From assembly GCF_030144855.1 (NCBI RefSeq), contig NC_082707.1, positions 13,702,001 through 13,766,000 of the forward strand: a stretch of DNA of 64,000 nucleotides, in the 5' to 3' direction. Within the stretch, counting starts at the first letter, position 1. The number at the start of each line of letters is the position of its first letter. Both the position numbers and the translations under genes were made by a program. Shown here one piece after another: positions 37,001 to 50,304 of the stretch. The DNA comes from Hypanus sabinus. Its lineage: Eukaryota. The notes below the pieces were generated by a model. The model saw only the letters and a program-made list of their open reading frames with translations. It ran no database searches and had not been told where the DNA came from.

Positions 37001-40000
37001 GAAATGGCTAACACGAGAGGTCACACTTTTAATGTGCTTGGAAACCGGTACAGAGGAGATGTCAGGGATGTCAGAGGAGATGTCAGTTGTAAGTTGTTTA
37101 ACACAGAGAGTGGTGAGTGCGTGGAATGGGCTGCCGGCACTGGTAGTGGAGGTGGATATGCTAGGGACTTTTAAGAGACTCCTGCACAGGTACGTGAAGC
37201 TTAGAAAAATAGAGGGCCATGGGTAACCGTTGGTAATTTTTAAGTAAGTGCATGTTCGGCACAGCATTGTGGGCCGACGTGCCTGTATTGTGCCGGAGGT
37301 TTTCTATGTTTCTATGTATCGGGTTGAATGGAATCAAAGGAGCAGGCTCGATGGGTTGAATGGCCTAATTCCGCTCCTCTATTTGTTTTTTTGTTGGCCT
37401 TATGGTCTTTTGAGCTAAAAGCCAAAGAGAGGACAAATAATTGGGAAAGGTTAAAGGGAACTTAGAGAACTGGGAAGCTTTTGAAAACCAACAAAAAACA
37501 ACTAAGAAGTCATTAAGAAGAAAGGGGTGGGATAAGAAAAAAATCTAGCTATTAATATTTAAGAGGATTAGTAATACTCGCACATTAATAATGAGTGTTC
37601 AAATACCAACAGATTCTCGAATGGTTCCGGAAGATTGGAAAATTGCAAATGTCACCCCACTTTTCAAGTAGGGAGAGAGGCAGAAGGAAATAAGTTTAAG
37701 GCCAGTTACTCCGACCTCAGTGATTGGAAATATTTTGGACACGATTATTATGGATGAGCTCTCAGGGTTCTTGGAGGCGCATGATAAATACAGGCCGTAG
37801 TCAGCAAGGTTTCCTCAAGGGAAATCGTCCCTGACAAATCTGTTCGAATTCTTTGAAGAAATAATAATTAGTATAGACAAAACAGAGTCACTGGATGTTG
37901 TGTACTTGGATTTTCAGAGAGTGTTTATCAAGGTGCCATTTGAAGCTGCATTAACAAGGTTAAAGGCCCATGGCATTAGAGGAAATATACCAGCATGGAA
38001 GAAACAGAGGCTGATTCCGAAGAAATGGAATAAAGGGATACATTTCTGTTTGCTTGCCCGTGACTACTGGTGTTCTACAGGGGTCCGTGTTGAAACAGCG
38101 TCTTTTTACATTACACATCAATGACTCCAATGTCAAAATTGATGGCTCTGTTGAAATGTTTGTGGACAATAAGATGATAATTGGGGGGGGAGACAGGTAG
38201 ATCTGCGTAAGTAGAGAGGCTACAGTATGACTTGTTAGGAGAATTGGCAAAAAAGTGGCATATGGAAAAGAGTTTCAGGAGGTGCATCGTCATGCACTTT
38301 AGTAGAAAAAATAAAAGAGTAGACTATTTTTCGAAATAGAGAGAAAATTCAAAAATCTGAGGCGTAAGGGTCTTGGGAATCTTTGTGCAGAAGCCCCTAA
38401 AGGTTAATTTGCAAGTCCACTCAGTGGTGAGGAAAGCAGATGCGACGTTATCATTCATTGCAAGAGGACAGGAATATATGAGCCGGCCAGTGGTGCAGTG
38501 ACATCGGTGCTGTGCTTCCTGGATGGTTATACGTAAGAATTCGACCGGGTAGCAACCTGAGAAGCACAGTATCCGCACGGAAGAAAGACCAGGTAATCTG
38601 ACTCTGTATCTAATCATGAATAACCTATGGACAACAACACTATCCATAGGGTCGCCATGAGACGACGACAGCAGTCAAGAATATAAAAGCAAGGACGTAA
38701 GGTTGAGCCGTTATAAAGCACTGGTGAGGTCTCAGTGCAGTATTGTGAACAGGTTTGGGGCCGTTATCTTAGAAAAGAAGTGCTTACACTGGAGACAGTT
38801 CAAAGGTGTTCACGAAAATGATTCCAGGATTGAGCGAATTTCCGTATGAAGTGCGGTTGATGGCCTGTATTCACTCGTATTCAGAAGAATGATGCGTCAC
38901 CTCATTGAAACCTGTAGAATGTGCAGATAGATGTTTCCTGTGGTGGTCCTCCAAGTAACGGGGAAAGTAAGCACAAAAATGGCTCCTTCGGGCCAACGCA
39001 TGCATGCCATCCGTGGTGCCCGCTTAATCTAGTCTCATTTGCCCACATAGAACCATATTTTCTCTAAATATTTACGATCCATATGGGTATCCAAATGTCT
39101 TTTGAATGTTGCCATTGCACCTGCCTCAACAACTTTGACACTTCGTCCCATGTAAGGGCCACGCTGTGTGTGAAGGATTTGACCCGCAGGTCACTTTTAA
39201 ATCTTCTCTCGCCTGGTACCTATGCACTACCGTTATTGATTCTCTTCCCCTGGGAAAAGGAATAAGTGCATTCTCCCTTGTCCACCCGCCCCCCCGTTGG
39301 TTTTATAGACATCTATTAATCTACTTCCTATCTCCTGCAATCCATGGAATCCAGTCTTAGCTTGTCCAGCTTCCCCAAAAATTCATATCCTCAAGTATGA
39401 CCAAAACTTCTATGCAGTCTTCTCGGTTTAATGGAAGCCTTCCTGTAACAGGGTAAACAAAACTGTACACGATAATCCAAATAGAACATCACGCACTTTT
39501 TGGGCAATGTAACATAATACCACGTCTCATGTACATATTGCCCTGCTCGTGAAGGTCAGTGTGTCAAAAGTTTTCTTCACCACTTATAATAATGTACAGA
39601 TACTCCCAGGCACAAAGGAACTTGGGAGTCCTTGTGCGGGATTCCCTAAAAGTTCATCTGCAGGTGGAGTCAGTGGCTAGGAATGCAATGTGATGTTGCC
39701 ATTAATTTCAAGAGGACTAGAATAACAAAACAAGGATGTAATATCGAGGCGTTAAAAAGCTCTGCTGAAGCTTCACTTGGAGTAGGATGAGCAGTTTTGG
39801 GCAGACAGGATGTGCTGACAATATTGCGTTCAAAAGACGTTCATGAAAATGATTCCAGGATTCAACGGGTTGCCCCACGAGGGGCTTCAGGCCTGTATTC
39901 TCTGGAATTCAAGAGTATGAGGGATGACCTAATTGAAACCTATTGAATGTTGAAAGGCTCCAAGAGAGCAGATGCTGAGGTGTTTTCTATGGCGGGATAT

Positions 40001-40440
40001 TCTAGGACCAGAGGACACAGCCTCAGAACAAAGGGACTTCCTTTCAGAACGAAGATGAGGAGGAATGTCTTTGGCCAAAGAGTAATGTATCTGTGGTATA
40101 GGATGTCACAGGCGGCTGTGGGAGCCAAGTTTTTAATGTATATTTAAGGCGGATGGAAGGATTCTTTATTGGTCAGGGTTGAAGCGATATGGGAAGACGG
40201 AAGGAGACTGGGGCCAAGAATAATAGATCACTCATGATGAAATAGCGGAGGAGACATGTTTAGGCACATGGCCGCATTCTGTTGCTGAATCTTCTGGTCT
40301 AAGGAGGAGACGGCGTGGGAATGGGTTTAAGACGGATAATAAATCAGACTGGACGGAATAATGGAACAGGTTCAATGCGTCGAATGGCTTAATTCTGGCC
40401 CAATGTCTTATGGACCGATAGTCTGTTTCTGTGCTGTAGA
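34070..40440 (+). mobile_element. Stacked degenerate CR1 fragments (mostly plus strand)
   Basis: Multiple EN, RT and 3' pieces, e.g. CVYFNA...DELRAWI, KFNPDRCEVVHF, TQRVVSAWNGLP. Tail at about 37300. Confidence 0.8.
38479..38678 (+). mobile_element. Putative SINE: tRNA-like head with RTE-like 3' end, TSD GAATATA
   Basis: A-box-like cagtggtgcagtga. The 3' end ccatagggtcgccatgagacgacgac resembles RTE/BovB termini. gaatata at 38472-38478 and 38679-38685. Confidence 0.5.
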
Positions 40441-40576
40441 TTTCCTTGATTCAGTGAAGGACTCTGACTACACCAGGTGCACGTCATACTGACCACTAAT
40501 GGTTACGTTTTCTCTATGAAATGCGTGAGGTGCACAAATCAAAGCTTTGCGATATTGAATCGCAATACCGCGTATG

Positions 40577-40582
40577 TTTATT
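40577..40582 (-). terminator. Candidate polyadenylation signal of gene B
   Basis: AATAAA within a block homologous to the gene A 3' region (aaccatttaat.cagcc). Confidence 0.4.
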
Positions 40583-40719
40583 GATTGGATTGATTGAAAT
40601 CCATACTGTAAATTCAAGGCATCTAGATCTAAAATGGAAGATTTACATTAACCATTTAATTCAGCCCAATAAGTGGGTGAATTTGTAAGTTCTGTATCCT
40701 CTGCAGCCCCGAAACGCTA

Positions 40720-41440
40720 ATGCATTATTTCAATACAAATAAATGTGAGAAAGTAACACCAGTTTAGGACTTCAACTACGAATAGCAGAGCAATAAAGCG
40801 CGACATGGAACAGAGGAACCTAAAGGTACAAGAGTGTAGTTGGTTGACAGCGGAAGGATAAGCAGTCAGATGGTGATAAACGGCTTTTGTTACGCTGTCT
40901 TTCATCAGATAGGACGCCGCGTATGGGAATAGGAACATTAAGGTTATTTGAATAATTCCTGAGGACATACGTGGAGTAATGTCTCCAGTTTTTCTCACTC
41001 TATTATAGCAAAGCCATGGTTAACAAGTAAAGAAAGTACATGAGCATGTTGCCAGGACGGAGATGGCCCGAGTTTACGGATTTTTTGGCCAGATTCGGCT
41101 TTTACTCCTTTCCACGTAAGCGAACGGGGCTCGACCTTATAGAATTGTTCAAATTTATGAAACAATCCTTTCCCAATTTTAGAAGAGTCCAAAACTTTTT
41201 CCACAGAGAGTGTAGTGCGTATAACAAACGAAATGTCGAGAGACGTGATTGAGTAGATATAATGGTATAATTAAAAAAAACACTTGAACAGGTACATAGA
41301 GTGACGCAGCATATGAGGATATGGCCTGAACTTATATGAACTTGAAGGGTATTTGAGATTAGCTGAGTGGACAGCGTGCTGTGTATCGACTGCCATGGCC
41401 GAAGCTTTTGTATCAGTGCCGTATTGGTCTATGAATCTGC
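40720..41440 (+). mobile_element. Old CR1 3' fragment within the putative 3' UTR of gene B
   Basis: Decayed ORF2 end and tail (ggccgaagcttttgtatcagtgccgtattggtctatg). Confidence 0.6.
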
Positions 41441-41483
41441 ATCTCTATGCCGTTACAGGCCAGGACATATAGATGCGCATCCT

Positions 41484-42397
41484 TTAAAGATTCCTCTGAT
41501 CCACTTTACCCATAATATGCTTTTTCGTGTTTTTCTCCGGAGTGACTGCAATAATAAAACATTTCGGTGCAAAAATGCAGAGCAGCAATCCAAAACTGGA
41601 CGCCAGGATGGCAAACACTTCAACCGCCACCGTGTATTTCCCAGGAGAACTCACAGAGGCCGGAATAAAAGTGACCCAAACCGCACAAAAGATGAGCATG
41701 CTGAATGTTATACATTTTGCCTCGTTAAAGTTATCTGGCAGCTTCCGCGCCTGAAAGGCCAACACAAAGCAAATGCACGATAATAGAGCGATATAACCCG
41801 AGGCCACGTAGAAAGCTGAAGAGGATCCTGTATCACATTCTAAAATTATCCTCTCCCGGTAATATTTAGTATTGATCACGGGGAAAGGAGGCTCAATGAG
41901 CAGCCAAAGCACACATATTAGAACCTGCACGGACGCCAGGAGGAAGACACTTAACCTCTGCTGTCTTTGACCAAACCATTTCATCCTGTTACTGCTGGGA
42001 TGCGTTGCCTTAAATGCCGTCAGCACCAGAATGGTTTTGACCAGAACACAAGCGATACACATGACAAACGAGACACCAAACGCCGTGCGGCGTAACATAC
42101 AGGACCAGTGTGACGGTTCGCCAATGAATGAGACAGAGCATAAAAAACAGCAGCTTAACGCAAATAGAAGGAGGAAGCTCAGCTCAGAGTTGTTAGCTTT
42201 AACCAGAGGTGTGTCTCGATGTCTAAAGAACAGACCCGCTATCAGTCCTGACATGCACACTCCAACCAGAGCGAGTAACACCAACACCATGCCCAGAATT
42301 TCGGTAAAACCCAGATACTCTATTTTCTTCGGGATGCATTGATCTTTCCGATTGTTAGACCAGTACAGGGGAGGACACTTGATACAGTCTACGGAGT
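41484..42397 (-). CDS. V2R/OlfC receptor gene B, exon 6 (7TM)
   Basis: tttcAG|AC, 914 nt open [15 protein letters not shown]...[12 protein letters not shown]...[12 protein letters not shown]...[12 protein letters not shown]. Confidence 0.95.
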
Positions 42398-42492
42398 CTG
42401 AAAAAAACAAATGCGAAAATTCCGTTGTTGAGAGGAACGCTTCAGGAATCTCTCAGGGTAATTGTTAGATTCCAACATGTATATCCGCTCAC

Positions 42493-42616
42493 CTGTAGTG
42501 TTAGTTATTTCTCCATCCGCACAGGATGTGCAGTCAAAACAGCAAATTGGTTGTCCTTTCCTGGCTATTTTCCTTGTACCGGGGGAACAATTTTCAGAAC
42601 AGACTGCCCGTGGAAT
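42493..42616 (-). CDS. V2R gene B, exon 5 (Cys-rich)
   Basis: 124 nt [41 protein letters not shown] with donor GTGAGC. Confidence 0.93.
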
Positions 42617-43194
42617 CTTTAAAACAGAATCACAGACAATATCTGGTTATTTGCATGCAGAATGTACCGAGTGCCATTCAAACGTGTGGAATTAGTCTGT
42701 GTTACTGTTACTTTTACAGATTCCTTATTATCAGTTCCGACAAACACCTCATCTAATGTTCCTTGAATGCTTTCGCTTTTCTACTCTTTTCAACTTTGAG
42801 TTGCTATTGGATACGAATCGAAGGTGGCTCCAAAGACGATCAACTTATTGCATTGCACACTTCCACCTTCAATACAGCTGAAGAGCATAATTTGCTAATT
42901 TCGTCATCACCTTATCTGTGCCGGTCCGTGGTTGATCATTCAGCCTTTGGAAACACTAGAGTATTCTCCTATTTCCAAATTCTACCCAGCTGTGACAAAT
43001 GAATTGTGATATAGTGTAGGAGAATGCTGCTGTGGTTAAACTGTTGGACTACCAGCAATATGGATTATACATTCCCATCATAATACATGTTAAATTTAAG
43101 GTAGCAAAATAAAACCATCTTGTACAAGCATGACTAAAAATTAAACCTGCCCATTAGCTCTTTTCACTCATTTCGAAAGATTCATAAACATCTT

Positions 43195-43481
43195 GTGTAC
43201 AAGATGATGAGAGGCATAGATCGTGTGGATAATCAGAGGCTTTTTCCCTAGAGCTGAAATGGCTAGCATGAGAGGGCACAGCTTTAAGTTGCTTGGAAGT
43301 AGGTACAGAGATGTCAGGGGCATTTTTTTTTTGTTCCGAGTACGTGGGATGGGCTGCTGGTGACGGTGGTGGAGGCGGATAGGATAGTGTCTTTTAAGAG
43401 GCTCCAGGACAAGTAAATGAATCTCAGAAAAGTAGAGGACTATGGGTAACCATAAGAAAATTCTAAGGTAAAGGAATGTTC
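43195..43481 (+). mobile_element. CR1 3' fragment (tail resumes at 44595-44660 after the LTR insertion)
   Basis: ORF2 end and 3' UTR interrupted at tgttc. Confidence 0.75.
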
Positions 43482-44594
43482 TGTCATGGGGGACAGGAGA
43501 CTGGACCCCAGTGCAGGACGCAGGCACTAAAGTACTAGGGGCAGGACAGGAACAACCAAACGATGGACAAGATTTGGTGACCGTGGTGTGCTTGAGGGAC
43601 GTGACGTTCAAGGTGATGCTGGGGTCTCGAGAGAGTCTTAGAGTTCAGGCAGGCGGGAGGATCCCGGGGTTCAGGCAGGCGGGCCGCATAACTCCTGGGC
43701 AAGGCCCGCATCTCCCAAGCAGGAACACGGGGGTCTGAGCAGGTTACGGGGCACCTGGGAAGGTTGTGGGGCACAACCCGTCGGCAGAGGGATGGAAAGG
43801 GGCAGATTCACCATCGGGCAAAGGCAGTCCAGCCAAGCTTGCCCGACTGAGGCAAGGGATAGGAAGGGAACTAGGTCCAGGGTGACTACCAGACTTACTC
43901 AAAGAACTCGTTTTAACGAGGGGAACTCCACGCCAGGGCAACCAGAGGTACAGGATAGGCAGGACAATAGACAATAGACAATAGGTACAGAAGTAGACCA
44001 TTCGGCCCCTCGAGTCTGCACCGCGATTCTGAGATCATGGCTGATCATTCACTATCAGAGATTGGAGAGATTGGGCTTGTACACACTGGAATTGAGGAGA
44101 TTGAGAGGGGATCTGATTGAAACGTTTAAGATAATTAAAGGATTTGATAGGATTGAGGCAGGAAATATGTTCCAGATGTTGGGAGAGTCCAGTACCAGAG
44201 GGCATGGATCGAGAATAAGAGGTCAGTTATTTAAAACAGAGTTGAGCAAGAGCTTCTTCTCCCAGAGAGTTGTGGAGGTGTGGAATGCACTGCCTCGGAA
44301 GACGGTGGAGGCCAATTCTCTGGATGCTTTCAAGAAGGAGCTAGATAGATATCTGATGGATAGGGGAATCAAGGGATATGGGGACTGGGCCGCCAATTCC
44401 ACTCAGTCCCAGAGCCCCCGATATACACCGCCAGCCGATGGGCATCAGGTGCGCCTCCTTGAGCCCCAACAAGCCACGATGATCCACAGGTGTGACTAAT
44501 TGGGCTCAAGGGCAAAAGGAGGGACGGTTTCAAAACCCGGAGTCCGCGGACCGGATCAAGACCCGGAATGCGGGCTCCGGACTGAACCATAACA
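43482..44594. mobile_element. Solo LTR with 5-bp TSD TGTTC, containing a nested CR1
   Basis: Termini TGTCATGG...CCATAACA, with TGTTC at 43477-43481 and 44595-44599. Confidence 0.8.
43964..44385. mobile_element. CR1 with 5' inversion (tail on minus 43964-44057, ORF2 end on plus 44058-44385)
   Basis: The (acaatag)n tail and 3' UTR are reversed and joined to LERLGLYTLELRRLRGDLIETFKI...GIKGYGD. Confidence 0.75.
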
Positions 44595-46264
44595 TGTTCA
44601 GCACAGTTTTTTGGACCGAATGGCCTGTATTGCGCTATGTGTTTTCTATCTTTCTAAGTCCATAGCTACAGATGTGCCTTACTTCGGAATAGCTAAACAC
44701 ACAATCCCGTTCTTGGGTATTTAGAGATGAGCTATAAATGCTGGAAATTTCACACATATCCAGATCAAAATATGCCTTCGTTTACTTTCACTTTTACTAA
44801 GTTGATTTTTCTTTTGATTTCAAGAGCAGCGAGGTAATGTTGCATTTCTATAAAATCCGGATGAGATCATGTTTGGAGCATTGCGATCATGTCCTTTCTC
44901 TTCAATATAAATTTCAACTGGAAGTTTTAAAGCAGGTGTAAAACGAGCTTTACTTGACGCTACCTAGGTTAGCAAACATGCTTATGAAGAACGGTTGACC
45001 ACGCTAGAGCTTTCCTGTTTGGAGCGAACGATGAGAAGCGACTTAATGGAGCTATATAAGATTACAAGATGCATAAATAGAGTGAACAGCCAGAACCTAT
45101 TTTTCAGGGCAGCAATACCCTTCACCGGAGATTAAACGTTTGAGATAAATGAAGGACAGTTTACTGGAGTCAGAGGTAGTATTTTCACACCGAGAATGGG
45201 TAGAGAATGGAAAGCACTGCAGTGATTGGTGACAATTACTGATAACTTGGGGAAATTTTAAAGACTGTTAGGTAGGCAGATTGGTGAAATCAGAATGGAA
45301 GGTTATGGGCTATGTTGAAGTCAAGAGGTAGATTTATCCGTGTTCTAAATAGAAGTAGTGCCATCTCCCCATTGCTAAGGATTCTATCACCTCAAATCAA
45401 CATATTAAATCTCCTCAATATGTATGAGAAGTGTTCACAGAATGTTGACTGGTGTTGTGGGTGGTGGGGTGGTGGTGCATCCGCTTTAATCCAATGCAGG
45501 AAAGCCGATGCTACAGGCAGTCTGTTGCTGGAAATTACCTTTCATTTTCCTCATCAGATGAAAATCCATGGAAACTTCCCAACTTTTTCTATGTTAACTA
45601 TTTTTATGTGAACATTTTAACTGTCTTAATACTTCAGTATTAATAAAAGATCTGGTCAGGTATAAACCTGTGCAAATTTCAACTGAGGACTGAGAACGTA
45701 AGAGGAACCAGACTGAGCAGATTTGGACAACAGTTTGTGTGTGTGCCGGGGACCCCAATCTGCCCTTTCAGGATTGTCGTTATCTCCCTGAGTTTGAAAT
45801 CTTTATTCATTCGAAGTCATCCTAAAGCGTGGAATTACCGCTACGGCTCACAAGCAGAGGTTCTCGGATCACCAACTTCAGGGGAACACGGAAGTGATAG
45901 TGGGAATAAAAGCTGGACAGGAAAGTTTTAAATTCTTCAACAATGCTTCGTTTTAACGTAATGACGTGTGTCTTGTGACTTCATATTTTCTGCTAGCTTC
46001 TTATTTAGCTTAGGTTGGCTTTAAAATATTACCAAATCCAGTTAATGTCATTATGTTTGCTCTACTCCAGAATTTAGTCTCTATTATTAATCCACAGATA
46101 CAACGTGATGACTGGGTTTAAATGGACTCCCTGTCCCTTCACTATGTTAAATACTATAATTCTACATATGCAAGTATACTTTACTTGCGCTGTTGGTTAC
46201 AATATCTTAGTATTATTTCATGGATAATTACGATTTAACTATTAACAAAATAGGACAACCATAC

Positions 46265-46492
46265 CTGACGCTTACCACCGCTCCAGACTATCTGATGTAG
46301 GTTCAACACAAGTTCTTTACCCGGAGGACCTGATCCGTTGTAATATCCAACTGTCTGAACTTCAAGGCTACCGTTTGCATTAATTTTCCAGTTTACAATG
46401 TCATAAGCGGCTGTTGGATTTCCTTTCTCATCAATATGCACCTTCTCCCCAACTTTTGTTGTGAAGTAAATTGATTTCATGTAATGGAGGAG
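46265..46492 (-). CDS. V2R gene B, exon 4
   Basis: 228 nt LLHYMKSIYFTTKVGEKVHIDEKGNPTAAYDIVNW...IVWSGGKRQ with AG/GT boundaries. Confidence 0.93.
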
Positions 46493-46789
46493 CTACAAGT
46501 AGAATTAAACAGATTGTGTTAAGGTCCCTGCACATCAGAAGATTACTTGTCTTCAAGATTTTAGTGTTGGTCTTCTCTAAGACATTTCACTCCATGTAAC
46601 TCTCCAAATGTCATTTAAATATGGAACTACAGCCGCCTGGAGCACTTCCACTGGCAGCACATTCCAGATATTGCCCTCTCTCTGTAAAGTACTTACCTTC
46701 CCCGACTCTTTTCAAATTTCTCCCCTCTTAGCGTACGCTGTCTAATTTTGGGCCTCTCAGACTTAAAAACGAATACAGTCCAACAGCTT

Positions 46790-48450
46790 TCTGAAACATA
46801 GAAACATCGAAAACCACATACAGCATAAAGCAGGCAATTCGGCCCACTACACCTCATGTACATACAACCATAGAACATTACAGCACAGAAGCAGACCCTT
46901 CGCCCCTTCTTGGCTGTGCCGAAACGTTTCTCTGCCTAGTCCCACTGACCTGCACCTGGACCATAACCCTTCATACACCTCTCATCCATGTACCTGTCCA
47001 AGTTTTTCTTAAATGTTAAAAGTGAGCCCGCATTTACCACTTCATCGGGCAGCTCATTCCACATTCCCACCACTCTTTGTGTGAAGAAGACCCCCCCCCC
47101 CATGTTCCCTTTAAACTTTTCCCTTTTCACCCTTAACCCAAGTCCTCTGTTTTCCGCCCTAGCCTCAGTGGAAAAAGCTGCTTGCATTCACTCTATCTAT
47201 ACCCATCATAATTTTATATTCCTCTATCAAATCTCCCCTCATTCCTCTACGTTCCAGGGAATAAAGTCCTAACCTATTCAACGTTTCTCTGTAACTCAGT
47301 TTCTCAAGTCCCGGCAACATCGTTCTAAAGCTTCTCTGCACTCTTTCAACCATGTTAATATCCTTCCTGTAATTGGTTGACCAAAGCTGCTCACAATACT
47401 CCAAATACGGCCTCAGTGTCTTATACAACCTTACCATAACGTTCCAACTCTTATTCTCAATACTTTGATTTATAAAAGCAAATGAACCAAAACCTCTCTT
47501 TATGACCCTATCTGCCTGTGACGCCACTTTTAGGGAATTTCATATCTGTATTCCCAGATCCTTCTGTTCTATTGCACTCCTCAGTGTCCTACCATTTACC
47601 TTGTATGTTCTACCTTGGTTTGTCCTTCCAAAGTGCAATACCTCACACTTGTCCGCATTAAACTCCGTCTGCCATTTTTCAGCTCATTTTTCCATCTGGC
47701 CCAAATCCCTCTGAAAGCTTTGAAAACCTTCCTCACTGTCCACTACACCTCAAATCTTTGAATCATCAGCAATTTGCTGATCCAATTTACCATATTATCA
47801 TCCAGATCATTGATATATTAACAATAGGCACAGCACTGATCCTTGTGGCACACCGCTAGTCACAGGCCTCCAAATCAGAGAAGCAATCCTTCACTACCAC
47901 TCTCTGGCGTCTCCCATTGAGCCAATGTCTAATCCAATTCACTACCTCACCTTATATACCTAGCGACTGAATCTTCCTAACTAAAGTCCCATGCGGGACC
48001 TTGTCGAAGGCCTTACTGAAGTCCACGTAGACAATGTCCACTGCCTTCCCTTCATACACTTTCCTGGTAACCTCCTCGAAAAACTCTAATAGACTGGTTA
48101 AACATGACCTACCACGCACAAGCATGTTGACTCTCCCTAACAAGTCCCTGTCCATCCAAATATTTGAAGATCCTATCTCTTAGTACTACTTCCAATAATT
48201 TACCTACTACTGACGTTAAACGTACTGACTTCTAATTTCCCGGATTACTTTTCAAAAATCCCTCATGATTTATATTTAAGAGGGAGTTAGATATGGCCCT
48301 TGCGGCTAAAGGGATCGGGGGTATGGAGAGAAACCAGGTACAGGGTTCTGAGTTGGATGATCAGCCATGATCATACCGAATGGTGGTGGAGGCTCAAAGG
48401 GCCGAATGGCCTACTCCTGCACCTATTTTCTATGTTTCGATGTTTCTATT
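46790..48450 (-). mobile_element. CR1 RT-to-tail fragment(s) in gene B intron 3
   Basis: SCLTSLLEFFEEVTRKV..DFSKAFDKVPH; LRPYLEYCEQLW; FFTQRVVGMWNELP. An additional plus-strand tail piece lies at 48275-48450. Confidence 0.85.
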
Positions 48451-48716
48451 TCGTAGAACGGTATGTATTCACACCTCACTCTCCAACACTTCAACATATG
48501 CAGATCCAATTTTTTTCTATAACACAGGCTTACTCTCTACTTGCACCGTCACTATCAGCGAAATTAGCATTTGTACATCAAGGTCTTTCACACTGTTCCA
48601 CGACAGTCGTCTTGTCCTGCATTTACTGTATAAGTAATACCCTGGTCTGAATATCGAAACTGCAATAGCTATCTCGAAAGATGTCTACATAAAACGGATG
48701 AAGTGCAAGTCCTTAC

Positions 48717-49550
48717 CTGCCACGGTTTAAAATTTGAAAGACGTGCACATGTTTTGTTCGGGAATGGCCCTTTGCCACATCCACATGAAAACATATCGTG
48801 AAGCGCATGAGCAAAAGCGTACACCGCTTTATATACAATGTAAGAGTTCCCGTCCATGGTCAAGTCGGTATAGGCGTTGCTGATTTGAAGGAGACTCTCA
48901 TTTCCGCTACACTGTGGGAGCCGGCCAAGTGAACCAACTACGTTGGTCGCCTTTTCGAAACTAGGAGTACACCCGAAGGTGGTCTCCCAGAACTCCATCA
49001 ATAACGGATTACCGGGAAATCTGGAAGGATGGATTGTGAGCAGGAAGTCCTGCACCCCTGGAATTGCCTGCACACGCACAGCAGTTCCGATTGCCCCGGT
49101 AAGGAAGCGCCGGCCACTTTCCACAACGACGAAGTCTGCTGTAATCCACCCCTCACTGCCCACCCACTGCACGCCGCTGACGTTTTGCCGTAGAACCTCC
49201 GCAAATAAAATGCGCATTTCGCCAGGTCCAGCAAAGGCTACCACGACCTTTGTGGTCGCTTCATTTATCACTTGTACAATCCTGGTGATCTTCTCTGGAG
49301 AGTCTGTTCTGTGAAATGATTCGGAGAAGGCAATGCAAAGACCGAAATCCTCAGCAGCTTCGACAAAGGCTCTCATCCCGGAATTGCCGTAGTCATTGTT
49401 GCTGTTAACGGTTCCAATCCATGTCCATCCAAACTTCTGAACAAGATGCACCAGCGCCTTGGACTGATGCTCATCACTTGGGATAGTTCGATGAAAATTT
49501 GGATATTCGTTCTTATCGCTGAGACAGGCACACGTGGAAAAGTAGCTGAC
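48717..49550 (-). CDS. V2R gene B, exon 3 (Venus flytrap domain)
   Basis: 834 nt VSYFSTCACLSDKNEYPNFHRTIPSD...FKPWQ. cgcAG acceptor, GTAAGG donor. Confidence 0.95.
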
Positions 49551-49747
49551 CTGCGATGAAGAGACAGTTGGTGTGTAAGTTAATGTGCGTGTGTGACAGG
49601 GCGACATATTATACATTTAATAGAAGAAAAATGTTCAAACACTAGAAGATATCAGTGATTAACCTAATTCACTGGTCGTGGTGATAAAAAATTGTTAGTT
49701 CCGTTTACGTCATTGTGACCACTATAATTTTTTTTGCCAAATCTTAC

Positions 49748-50039
49748 CAGTGGTATTCTAAATGGTCCGGTTGTCCTTGCAATGGCGATGGACACTGAGG
49801 ACTCAGCAGCACCAACGATCCCAGAGATATTGAGAGGCCCGTCACACACTTCATCCACGTACGTTTCCTCCTGCCCATTCACTAGAGCCAGAGCGACTTT
49901 TGTCGCAATCTCGGGGGAGTTGCAGTCATCGTGAATCCTGTAACCCAGTGTGATGTTCGGAAGAAGTCTCTCATCCCTGTTTATTTCCTCAATTGTAAAA
50001 ATCATGGTCTGTAACAGGCGGAATCCCCTTAAATCAAAA
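49748..50039 (-). CDS. V2R gene B, exon 2
   Basis: 292 nt FDLRGFRLLQTMIFTIEEINRDERLLPNITLGY...IVGAAESSVS...IPL. tttcAG acceptor, GTAAGA donor. Confidence 0.95.
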
Positions 50040-50304
50040 CTGAAAATCAACCACAGGTTGGAATTAGAATGAAATTGTTTCAGTAGAGGTACATATGCGT
50101 TCATGGAGTCAGAGAGGATTCTTTTGTTTTCCTAGATATATACCTTTCAATAAACGCTTCAAAAATCTCCTGAACCGTATCAATAAATAAAGACGATTAT
50201 TTAAAATCCTATGCGTGTGTTGTAGATCATTTCGGATACAATTTCTATGCCGTATTTTAATAATACCAAATGCATGACAACACTGGCAAGGTCTGTAAGA
50301 CATT

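Noticed and set aside
37050-37086. Short tandem duplication cagaggagatgtcag in a CR1
   Set aside because: Ordinary slippage within a dead element.
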